A DNA stretch of 54,691 nucleotides, from IMG/VR virus record IMGVR_UViG_3300020044_007012, positions 1-54,691 of that record. One strand, 5' to 3'. Positions 9,109 through 16,498 of this stretch are shown here, piece after piece. Position 1 is the first letter of the stretch. Every line of letters starts with the position of its first letter. The notes under the pieces were generated by a model that was not told where the DNA came from, did no database searches, and saw only the letters and a program-made list of their open reading frames with translations. The position numbers and the translations under genes are program-made. This DNA is from a virus. Taxonomy: Duplodnaviria; Caudoviricetes.

Positions 9109-9390
9109 TTAAACGGAGGGATGCTCGCTGAGCTTGCTGCGCAGCTCGTAGCCCATCAAAGGCCAAAGCTCGTGCTTCGCGTTCTCAATGGCAACGCTCT
9201 CGCCGGTGGCGGGAACGTCGTTCAGAGGTGACACGGATGCCGAAGGACGTCCGGTAACCGCAAAACCGTTGCGCGTTGTCAGAACGGCCCAGCGCAGAAC
9301 TTGGCCAGACTTGGAGACGTGCTTGACGATTTCAGTGTGAATAATGTTGGCTTCCAAATCGGCAGGGGTGACGCGTGGTTCAGTGCTCAT
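9109..9390 (-). CDS. N4 Gp49/Sf6 gp66-family protein, Acb4-like nucleotide-signal sponge (93 aa)
   Basis: PRVT..DLEANI, NGFAVTG..SASVSP.N...GESVA.ENA...LWPLMGYEL motifs; ATGA overlap with the upstream gene. Confidence 0.75.
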   Translation of the reverse strand: MSTEPRVTPADLEANIIHTEIVKHVSKSGQVLRWAVLTTRNGFAVTGRPSASVSPLNDVPATGESVAIENAKHELWPLMGYELRSKLSEHPSV

Positions 9391-9875
9391 GATTGAATGC
9401 TCCAGTCCTCGGCCAGCACGTCGTTGACACTGGGTACCCAAGTGCTCACGGTGTTGTCCACGTTTTTGATCGCCATGTAGGCGTTGTATGGGACCATTGC
9501 GCCTTCGCCGAAGTGGCTCTTGGCCGCGCCGGTTTGCACAGGGTAACTGTTGGCGGGGACGTAGTAGACAAACATGCCCTTGCCATTCCAGCCAGCGCGG
9601 GCGACCTTTTGGCCTGCCTTCAGCGCCTCAATGGCTTGGCCAAAGGTCATGCCGTTGCACTTGCGGTAGGCTCGGTCGAACACTTCGGCTGGCGACCAGC
9701 TCAAGTAACCGGCGTAGTGGTCCGTGTTGCCCTTGCCGCCATCCAAGTACTCGACCAGGTAGCCTGCGTCCTCGGGGTTCTCGTCGGCAGGGACAGTCCA
9801 GACACGGAAGGCGTTGTACTCAGCCCGGGTCATGGGCTTGGCGTTGATCAGTTTGGTTCCGATGTAACGTTCCAT
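9387..9875 (-). CDS. DUF2829/Tad2-like sponge fused to an uncharacterised N-terminal domain (162 aa)
   Basis: C-terminal MTFGQAIEALKAGQKVARAGWNGKGMF...WVPSVNDVLAEDW is the DUF2829 signature; ATG at 9875 with GGAGGAG SD. Confidence 0.8.
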   Translation of the reverse strand: MERYIGTKLINAKPMTRAEYNAFRVWTVPADENPEDAGYLVEYLDGGKGNTDHYAGYLSWSPAEVFDRAYRKCNGMTFGQAIEALKAGQKVARAGWNGKGMFVYYVPANSYPVQTGAAKSHFGEGAMVPYNAYMAIKNVDNTVSTWVPSVNDVLAEDWSIQS

Positions 9876-9876
9876 G

Positions 9877-10116
9877 TCAGCTCCTCCAGGTGATTGCTTT
9901 GACAGCCCACATCTGGGCAGTCTGAGCTTCGGTGATGGCGACGCTGGCCATGCGCTTGATTTCGGCGTTTTCCGCCTTTGCGCGCAACAGATCCATGCGG
10001 TCGATGACGGCGGCAAACTCGCGTTTGCAGGCGTCCACATCCGGGTTGTTGCCTGGGTTGAACGTCAGGCCGACGGCCCTCTCGCCGAACGACAGATCGC
10101 GTGTTTCTTCGCTCAT
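9877..10116 (-). CDS. Acb2/Tad1-like helical-hairpin protein, putative sponge (79 aa)
   Basis: C-terminal KRMASVAITEAQTAQMWAVKAIT resembles the Acb2/Tad1 hairpin pattern R..AIA.T..Q...M....A. Confidence 0.65.
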   Translation of the reverse strand: MSEETRDLSFGERAVGLTFNPGNNPDVDACKREFAAVIDRMDLLRAKAENAEIKRMASVAITEAQTAQMWAVKAITWRS

Positions 10117-10126
10117 AACACCCCCG

Positions 10127-10525
10127 TCAGATGAATGCACGGATGGCCAGCGGGTCGCCGGTCACCTGGCCGATGATGTCCAGATCGTTGAAGATCACGA
10201 ACAAAGCGGACTCGCCGTTGGACAGCGAAACTTCCCAGCGATCGCCGCCGTACTTGGGCACGCGAACGTAATCACCAGGTGTGCACCAGCTGCCCTCGGG
10301 CCACGGGTCCATGGTGTTTCGATTCTTGAAGGCGAGGGCACCAACGGAGACGACCCGGGCAACTTGGGTGTTCCACTTTTCAGTGTCCCGTGAGCCGTTG
10401 TCGATGATGATGCCGGAGGCGGTTTTAGTCCGAGGGGTGCGGATTTGCACCAGGACACGGCTTCCAAACGGGGTGATGCCGGGGTCGGCGGTGGGGAACG
10501 CTTCAGCAAACGCGTCTGAGGTCAT
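10127..10525 (-). CDS. groES: Phage co-chaperonin GroES/Cpn10-like protein (132 aa)
   Basis: P.G.RVLV...KTASGII mobile loop, VVSVG, GDYV..PKYGG, ND.DIIG motifs. Confidence 0.85.
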   Translation of the reverse strand: MTSDAFAEAFPTADPGITPFGSRVLVQIRTPRTKTASGIIIDNGSRDTEKWNTQVARVVSVGALAFKNRNTMDPWPEGSWCTPGDYVRVPKYGGDRWEVSLSNGESALFVIFNDLDIIGQVTGDPLAIRAFI

Positions 10526-10632
10526 CTTCTGCTCCTTTCAGCAGGTGTTGTCGGCCGCCACAACGGCTGCCGTCCAATCGGGTCGGTGGCCACAACGGCC
10601 ACCTTCAAAAAATCAGCACAGACCAGTGCAAA

Positions 10633-10830
10633 TCACAGGTCTCGGTCGCCGTGTCGCTCGTCGTCCAGAAGGTCAAGCAGGGCTCTGATGGCAGCTTCGT
10701 ATCCAGCAACCATGCCCACTCGGTATCCGTACTCGAAAGCGTCACGCTCGACCGGGCGCTTGAGGGCTTCAAGCGCAAAGACCTGCTGGTCAGCTTTGAG
10801 CTTTCCGAGCAGGCGATCTTCGATGGCCAT
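10633..10830 (-). CDS. Hypothetical protein (65 aa)
   Basis: In operon downstream of the portal. Confidence 0.7.
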   Translation of the reverse strand: MAIEDRLLGKLKADQQVFALEALKRPVERDAFEYGYRVGMVAGYEAAIRALLDLLDDERHGDRDL

Positions 10831-10968
10831 TTAGCAGGGCGTCTTAGGCATCGAGGGGGCAGCCGGAGTCGTCTGGCCGGTGACGGGCTGGCCAGCGGCC
10901 ATGCGGTGGTGTTGAGGTACCAGGGCCGAATTCAAAGGCACGGTGCTTGATTTGGGTTTGTCGTTCAT
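10831..10968 (-). CDS. Small hypothetical protein (45 aa, MNDKPKSSTVPLNSALVPQHHRMAAG...), not in the ORF track
   Basis: AAGGAG SD; fills the gap exactly between the portal and the next gene. Confidence 0.6.
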   Translation of the reverse strand: MNDKPKSSTVPLNSALVPQHHRMAAGQPVTGQTTPAAPSMPKTPC

Positions 10969-10987
10969 GGGAGGCTCCTTGTGAAAA

Positions 10988-13513
10988 TTAACGTGTGCCG
11001 GGGTTGATGCCGGTGCCGGTGCTTACGGCGACTTTCTCGCCGGAGGCAATCTCTGCCGCTGCCAGGCGCATGGCTGTGGCGTTGTCGTCCGAGTTCATCT
11101 GCAGGCGAGCTGAGATTTCGGCCTCTGTGCGTTGGCTCTCGGCCATCTGGCGAAGCTGCTCGCGCTGCATGTCCTCCGCGCGCGACTGCTGCTTGTCTGC
11201 CAGTCCAGCGGCGTCGGTCTGTGCCTTCTGCACGGCTTTTTGCTGCTCCAGTTGCAGGCGCTGCTGGTCGGTCTGAGCGCGCTGCTGCAGGGCCAGTTGC
11301 TGCACCTGCGCATTGAGCTGCGCAATCTGCATGCTGTTGTCCTGCGGCATCTGGGGCGGCTGGGGTGCAAACTGCTGCGCCATCTCGTCGATCTTGGCCA
11401 ACTCCTGCGCAAACTGCGCCAGCTGCTGCTCGATGATCTGTTGCACGCGCACGATGACCTGGACCTGCTGGCCAGCATCGTCCGTGATCAAGCCCTCGGA
11501 CTCGGCACGCTGCACGGCCTCGTGGGCTTGCGTCAGGTAGAAGTTGAGCAGGTGATCGCGCAGGTGCAACGCCATCGGGTACAAATAGCTTTTGACGATC
11601 GACGGGTTCATGCCAAATATCGGCGACTTCAAGAACGCCAAGTGCGTCTGGATGTGCGCCACGTGGTCCTGCTTGGGAAGCACATAGACCGGGCGGCCCA
11701 TCGATGCGGCCACGTTCTCGCTGACCGGATCGACGTCGTCTTGGCCAGGCTGAGGCTGCAACACATCTTCTGGGTTGAGCTTCAGGTTGCGCAGGAACAT
11801 CTCCTCGACCTTGCGCATGTCGTACATCTGAGGCAGTGTGGCAGCGCGGGACTGCACGGCTTGCACCTGGGCAAAGCGCTGAGCCTCGCTGAAAATGGCC
11901 GGGTCGGACACAGGCACAACGTCCAGCGGACCGTCAAAGTCCTCGGGCTTCACATCCAGGCCGTTTTCCATGGCCTCGATGTCTTCTTCCGTCAGGTACG
12001 CGCTGTTGATTCGGTGCAGGATGCCAAACACGCGGGCCATGCTGCTGTGCAAGCGCGAGTGGATGGAGCTGAAAACCACCATGCCCTGCTCGATGAGCGC
12101 CAGGGTCGTGCCAACCGGGGCGTTGGGGTTTTGGTCGGACAGCTTCTCAAACGAGGTCTGCACCACACCCTTGCCAGCGTCAACCAGGAAGCCAAGCAAA
12201 GAGAACAGCGTGGGGCTTGGGCCGTTAAACGGCAGGGCCATGGCCAGCTTGCGAATGTCGTCGACCAGCGCGCCGCCCTCGATCTCGACCACCTCGGTCG
12301 GCTGCACGTTGATCGTCTGGCCGCCAGGGCCGCCCTTGAGTTTCAAGAGCGTCGGGATGTTTTGGATGTGCGCCGAGTCCAGCAACGCACGCAGCGCGCC
12401 AGTGGCCGCGCCTGACAAGCCGCCGATCATGTGGGTCAGGCCAATCGGGTACGCGCCGCGCCAAGGCACGAACGGGAACTCGACAATCCAGTCCAGCTCC
12501 TTGCGGCGCTTGTCCTCTAGATCCCAGTTGCGGTACAGCGAGAGCGCTTTGCGCGTGGACTTGTCGATGCTGATGATGTACGGCTCCACGCCGTCACCAA
12601 AGTCCAGGTGGGTGTAAATCTCGAAGATGGTCCGCAGGCCGTCCTCGTTGTAGCTGGTGTCCTCGCGGCCCTCGATCTTGTCGTTGGCAATCGTGGCCTT
12701 GCTGAATTCGATCTGATCGGGCGAGCCAATGTCCACCTCGGTGTACATGCCAGCCTTCATGCGGCGGTTGAACTCAAACTTGGTCACGTACTGCACGTGC
12801 GTCTTACGCTCGGCAGAGTAGAAGTTGGTGGCCGCAAACGGCAGGTAAATGTCGTCGATCGCGATGAACTCGGCCATGGGGCGACGCCACTGGGGCGACC
12901 ACATGAGCTTGAGGTACTGACCGCCGCCCAGGGGCAGTTGCGTGGACAGCTGCTCCAGCTCGCCACGGAACTCGGGCATTTGCTGGGTGGTCTGCCAGTT
13001 CATGAACTCCGACTTGCGGCGGGCTTTGTCCAGCTTCTCTGGATCCGCCGCGCCCTGAATCTTGGACTTGACCGGGCCTGAAGGCGGAAACGCCTCTTTC
13101 ATGAATCGGGCGCTGAAATCGACGCAGGCCTCGACCAGCATCGGGTGCACGACTTTGTTGGCTCCGGAGAACTGAGCGCCGCCAGGGGCATCGTCGCCAA
13201 GGCCCGTGCGGCGCAAGCCCTCTTCATAGAGCTTGTCGCGCTTGGATCGGGCTTCCTTGTCGCGCTCGATCTTGTCGAGCAGGTCAACGACCGCGTCGCT
13301 GAGCATGCTGCGATCGACCTCGTCGACGATGTTGGCAAAGTGGGCCTTCTTGTCGGCCACATCGCGGTCGTTCTTCATCCGGACGACAGCGCCGCCGTCT
13401 TCGGTGTCCTCAACGTCCATCTCGTCGTCGTTGGGCATGGAGACGGTTTCGCCTCGCTGCTCATCGTCGCTTGGGTTCTCGTCTTCGCCGTCGTTCAGGA
13501 GTTGGTCAGCCAT
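10988..13513 (-). CDS. Portal protein with long Gln-rich C-terminal coiled-coil barrel (841 aa)
   Basis: HPML.EA...F, G.A.GALR.LLDS, NAPVGTTLALIE.G..V.S.IH.RLH motifs; P22-like C-terminal barrel; downstream of terminase. Confidence 0.88.
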   Translation of the reverse strand: MADQLLNDGEDENPSDDEQRGETVSMPNDDEMDVEDTEDGGAVVRMKNDRDVADKKAHFANIVDEVDRSMLSDAVVDLLDKIERDKEARSKRDKLYEEGLRRTGLGDDAPGGAQFSGANKVVHPMLVEACVDFSARFMKEAFPPSGPVKSKIQGAADPEKLDKARRKSEFMNWQTTQQMPEFRGELEQLSTQLPLGGGQYLKLMWSPQWRRPMAEFIAIDDIYLPFAATNFYSAERKTHVQYVTKFEFNRRMKAGMYTEVDIGSPDQIEFSKATIANDKIEGREDTSYNEDGLRTIFEIYTHLDFGDGVEPYIISIDKSTRKALSLYRNWDLEDKRRKELDWIVEFPFVPWRGAYPIGLTHMIGGLSGAATGALRALLDSAHIQNIPTLLKLKGGPGGQTINVQPTEVVEIEGGALVDDIRKLAMALPFNGPSPTLFSLLGFLVDAGKGVVQTSFEKLSDQNPNAPVGTTLALIEQGMVVFSSIHSRLHSSMARVFGILHRINSAYLTEEDIEAMENGLDVKPEDFDGPLDVVPVSDPAIFSEAQRFAQVQAVQSRAATLPQMYDMRKVEEMFLRNLKLNPEDVLQPQPGQDDVDPVSENVAASMGRPVYVLPKQDHVAHIQTHLAFLKSPIFGMNPSIVKSYLYPMALHLRDHLLNFYLTQAHEAVQRAESEGLITDDAGQQVQVIVRVQQIIEQQLAQFAQELAKIDEMAQQFAPQPPQMPQDNSMQIAQLNAQVQQLALQQRAQTDQQRLQLEQQKAVQKAQTDAAGLADKQQSRAEDMQREQLRQMAESQRTEAEISARLQMNSDDNATAMRLAAAEIASGEKVAVSTGTGINPGTR

Positions 13514-13517
13514 GTGT

Positions 13518-16040
13518 TCAGCCCGCGTTCATTGCGTGGAGCTCGTCCACGATGGACCCGATTCTAGCCGGGTCAAAGTCGCCTGTGTGGAAATTCGCAT
13601 CGGACACCAGGCCGCCGGATGCGAAGCCCTCGGGTGGCGTCTCGCCAAGGAATTTAAGCAGCTCGTCCTTGGTCATGAAACGCTGCGCGTCTGGCATAGC
13701 TTCGGCTGCGGCGTTGAACTTGTCCATGCCAATACCCATGTCTTTGCCGTAGATGTCCTGCAGCGCCTTCATCAGAGGTCCAGCTTGCGACACGTCAATC
13801 AACCCCGTATTGCCCAAGTCCCCCACCTTTCCAAAGTTCCCCGACCGTACAAAGTCTTGCACGGCTGGCAAATACTCTTCTTTGGGCGCGCGGTTGGCTT
13901 TGCCTTTGATCTGGACGATGTCTTGGGCTGGCTCGATCCCCTTGTTGCGAATAAACATGTCGAAACCAGCGCCGACGTCAGACATGTTGTTGCCGCCAAT
14001 TTCATCAAACTCTTGCCACAGCTTTGCTGCCTGCTCCTTGCCGACGGCAGCAGTGACGTCATCCCAAGTTTTAAGTGGGCGAGGCGCAACCTCAATCGTC
14101 ACGTGCGGCTGCCCCTTCTTGTCGCGTAGGCTGTAGATCTTTGACCGACCCTCGACCACGTCCGGGCAGTAACCCCCGACGCAGTGGCCCATGGTTTCGC
14201 CTTCGTACTTGAGGGCGTCTTCGAGGGCTTTGTAGGACTCGTCAATGTCAACGGTTTTTTTGCGGTTGAAGTCGGTCATCATGTCGCGCACAAAATTGTT
14301 GAACTCTGGCGTGCCTTCATCAAAGCCTTCGTCGAAGGCCATGTCCTCGGCCACTTCGCGCATTTGCCTTTGATCCATATCGGGAGGCAAATCCATCTCT
14401 GATTTCTCGACGCTGATTTTTTTACCAGTCTCTTTGGGCTGGCGCAGCTCCACCCACTTGAAGCCCTGCTCCGGGTACTCTTTGACTACCTGCGTGGCTG
14501 GGTTCATCGCCCGCGCCATGTCGGCCTCGGCCTTCTGCGCGGCGCGCCAGTCGTTGATCTTGGCCACGCGCTCAACGGCCTGAGGCACGGTGACCTTTTC
14601 GAGGTCGGAGTACTTGAGCATCAGCTCGCGGGGCAGGCCCGACTCGGGGTTGATGGCGTTGCGCAGCTCGTCAACCAGGTGGCCGAAGCCCAAGCCGATG
14701 TTGCCCTCGGAGCCACTGAGCATTTCGTAGACGGGCGTTTCCGGCGGAACCTTAAGCAGCCACGGGTTGGCCTCGACGGCCTCGGGGTAGTAGCCGCTGG
14801 TCATGTCGGAGGCGCGCAGAGGGTTGACGAAGGTGTCGGCCCGGGCCTCCCAGGTTTTGGCCAGGTCGGAGACGCCCATGCCTTCCTCGGGGAAACCACC
14901 CTCCCTGCGTGCGCGGCTCACGTTGTATCCGGTCGGCGTGATTTCACTGTGCATGATGCCCCGCTCGGCCAGCGCCCGCAGCGGGTCTTCCGGCGTGGCC
15001 ATCTCGTTTTTGATGTACTTCGCCAGCTTGGTTTCGAGCCAACGGTTGATCGCAACGTTTGGCAGGTTGCTTGCATGCAGCGCTTGAGCCTCTTCAAGGG
15101 GCACGCCGATCGCAGCAGCAAGGTCTCGTGGATCAGTCATGCCAAAACGATCTCTTGCCTTCATCGGCTCGATCTCCCTCTCCACCGACCCCGCCAGCCA
15201 GTTGCCGCCCTTGGGCTTGACCACGTTGACGGCAGGCTGACCTGCGGCCATGGCGAAATCCGTCCCGGCGCGTCGCACGGCCGACGGCAGCGCAGCGATG
15301 GCGCGCAGCGGGGAGCCCGGGCCGGTGTAAAAACCGCCGCCAAGCGTGCCCAGCTCGGTTGCAGCGCGGCCCACCGGTGTCGACTCCAAGGAGCGCCCAG
15401 GCAAACGGCCGCGCACGTCTTCGCTGGTCGGCAGCACGGTCTGCTCATTCAAGCCGGGCAGCATACGGATCAACGACTCAATGTCGCCGGGAGCACCAAG
15501 CACGCCGGACACCGCGCCACGCAACGCAGCCAGCGGAGCGTCGGCAGAGGCCCGGCGGTCTTGCTGGGACTCAGGGCGGCGACCAGCGGAGCGGTAGCCA
15601 ATGAACGGGCGGTTCAACTCATCTGCGCTGACCTCGCCACCTTTAGCCTTGCTGATCCATGGGCGACCTTCGGTGCGACTCATCGCGGCGCGCTCGGCTG
15701 CCTGCTGCACAAGGTCTTCAAGCTCCTGTTGCGTTCTTGCACGCTTGGCCATCTCAATCCCCAGCGCGTTGTTGTGCATGTCTTGCTGGTAATCCGGTGG
15801 CATCTCGCCACGGCCAAGCATCATCATCAAAGCACGCATCGGGGATGTGGAGTACTCGTGCGCCTTACCCGCCAGGTCGGCAACCTTTGGTCCGTACTTG
15901 CGAGCCATGGTGCCAGCGGCCAGCATGTGGCGCGCCGCGTCCTGCCGATCATCTTGACCAACTTGGCCCGGGTACATCTCGCGAGCAACGCTGGCCGAAT
16001 ACGGCGACACGGAAAAAATTGATGGGGTGTCTTTAGGCAT
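13518..16040 (-). CDS. Large multidomain (polyvalent-type) protein: N-terminal DAxRH/HE/DxxNN domain and C-terminal PcfJ-like domain (840 aa)
   Basis: DAARHM...HE...DMHNNALG; YEGETMGHCVGGY...IYSLRD..GQPHVTIEV...IVQIKGKANRAP. Confidence 0.65.
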   Translation of the reverse strand: MPKDTPSIFSVSPYSASVAREMYPGQVGQDDRQDAARHMLAAGTMARKYGPKVADLAGKAHEYSTSPMRALMMMLGRGEMPPDYQQDMHNNALGIEMAKRARTQQELEDLVQQAAERAAMSRTEGRPWISKAKGGEVSADELNRPFIGYRSAGRRPESQQDRRASADAPLAALRGAVSGVLGAPGDIESLIRMLPGLNEQTVLPTSEDVRGRLPGRSLESTPVGRAATELGTLGGGFYTGPGSPLRAIAALPSAVRRAGTDFAMAAGQPAVNVVKPKGGNWLAGSVEREIEPMKARDRFGMTDPRDLAAAIGVPLEEAQALHASNLPNVAINRWLETKLAKYIKNEMATPEDPLRALAERGIMHSEITPTGYNVSRARREGGFPEEGMGVSDLAKTWEARADTFVNPLRASDMTSGYYPEAVEANPWLLKVPPETPVYEMLSGSEGNIGLGFGHLVDELRNAINPESGLPRELMLKYSDLEKVTVPQAVERVAKINDWRAAQKAEADMARAMNPATQVVKEYPEQGFKWVELRQPKETGKKISVEKSEMDLPPDMDQRQMREVAEDMAFDEGFDEGTPEFNNFVRDMMTDFNRKKTVDIDESYKALEDALKYEGETMGHCVGGYCPDVVEGRSKIYSLRDKKGQPHVTIEVAPRPLKTWDDVTAAVGKEQAAKLWQEFDEIGGNNMSDVGAGFDMFIRNKGIEPAQDIVQIKGKANRAPKEEYLPAVQDFVRSGNFGKVGDLGNTGLIDVSQAGPLMKALQDIYGKDMGIGMDKFNAAAEAMPDAQRFMTKDELLKFLGETPPEGFASGGLVSDANFHTGDFDPARIGSIVDELHAMNAG

Positions 16041-16043
16041 GGC

Positions 16044-16319
16044 TTACCACTTCGTTTTGTTTGCCCAGTACGCCGCGCTCGACGGCCCCTTGGCGATGTT
16101 TGCACCGTGACGAGCTTTGAAGCTGTCGCGCTTGGCGGTCGTGGCCGCTGACTCGCCAGCCTTGGGCTTGCCCGCCGTCTTTGCCCCCTGCTCTCCAAAG
16201 CGAATCACCTTCTCGGTGCCGTCGTAGCAGGCCTTGACCACATGGGATTTCTTGGGGTGGTCCGGCGTGCGCTTGGGCTGGTTGCACGCCATCTCCGACT
16301 TCTTGAGCGGCTTGGTCAT
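16044..16319 (-). CDS. Small basic protein (91 aa), possibly DUF5754-like
   Basis: IRFG..G...R.SF.ARH...SAAYWA...W motif. Confidence 0.6.
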   Translation of the reverse strand: MTKPLKKSEMACNQPKRTPDHPKKSHVVKACYDGTEKVIRFGEQGAKTAGKPKAGESAATTAKRDSFKARHGANIAKGPSSAAYWANKTKW

Positions 16320-16498
16320 TTCGACTTCCTCGCCGCCCGCATGTTGTCCACCAGGTTGGGGTAAGGACGTCCAGCCTTTTCGGCTGCGCGCTTGGCGCTC
16401 GCTTTTGCGGCAAAGCTCAGGATTGAGCTGGCGCGGGATCCGGCGGAGGCCGGACGCTTGGTGTCCCAGATGGGCTTTGGTTGCGACTTAGACGGCAT
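16316..16498 (-). CDS. Small basic hypothetical protein (60 aa)
   Basis: Overlaps both neighbours; AGRPYPNLVDNM motif. Confidence 0.65.
   Translation of the reverse strand: MPSKSQPKPIWDTKRPASAGSRASSILSFAAKASAKRAAEKAGRPYPNLVDNMRAARKSK

Noticed and set aside
9387-10040. 217-aa version of the DUF2829 ORF and other upstream-extended starts in the ORF track
   Set aside because: The extensions overlap neighbouring genes; the internal ATGs have clear SD sequences and stop/start coupling
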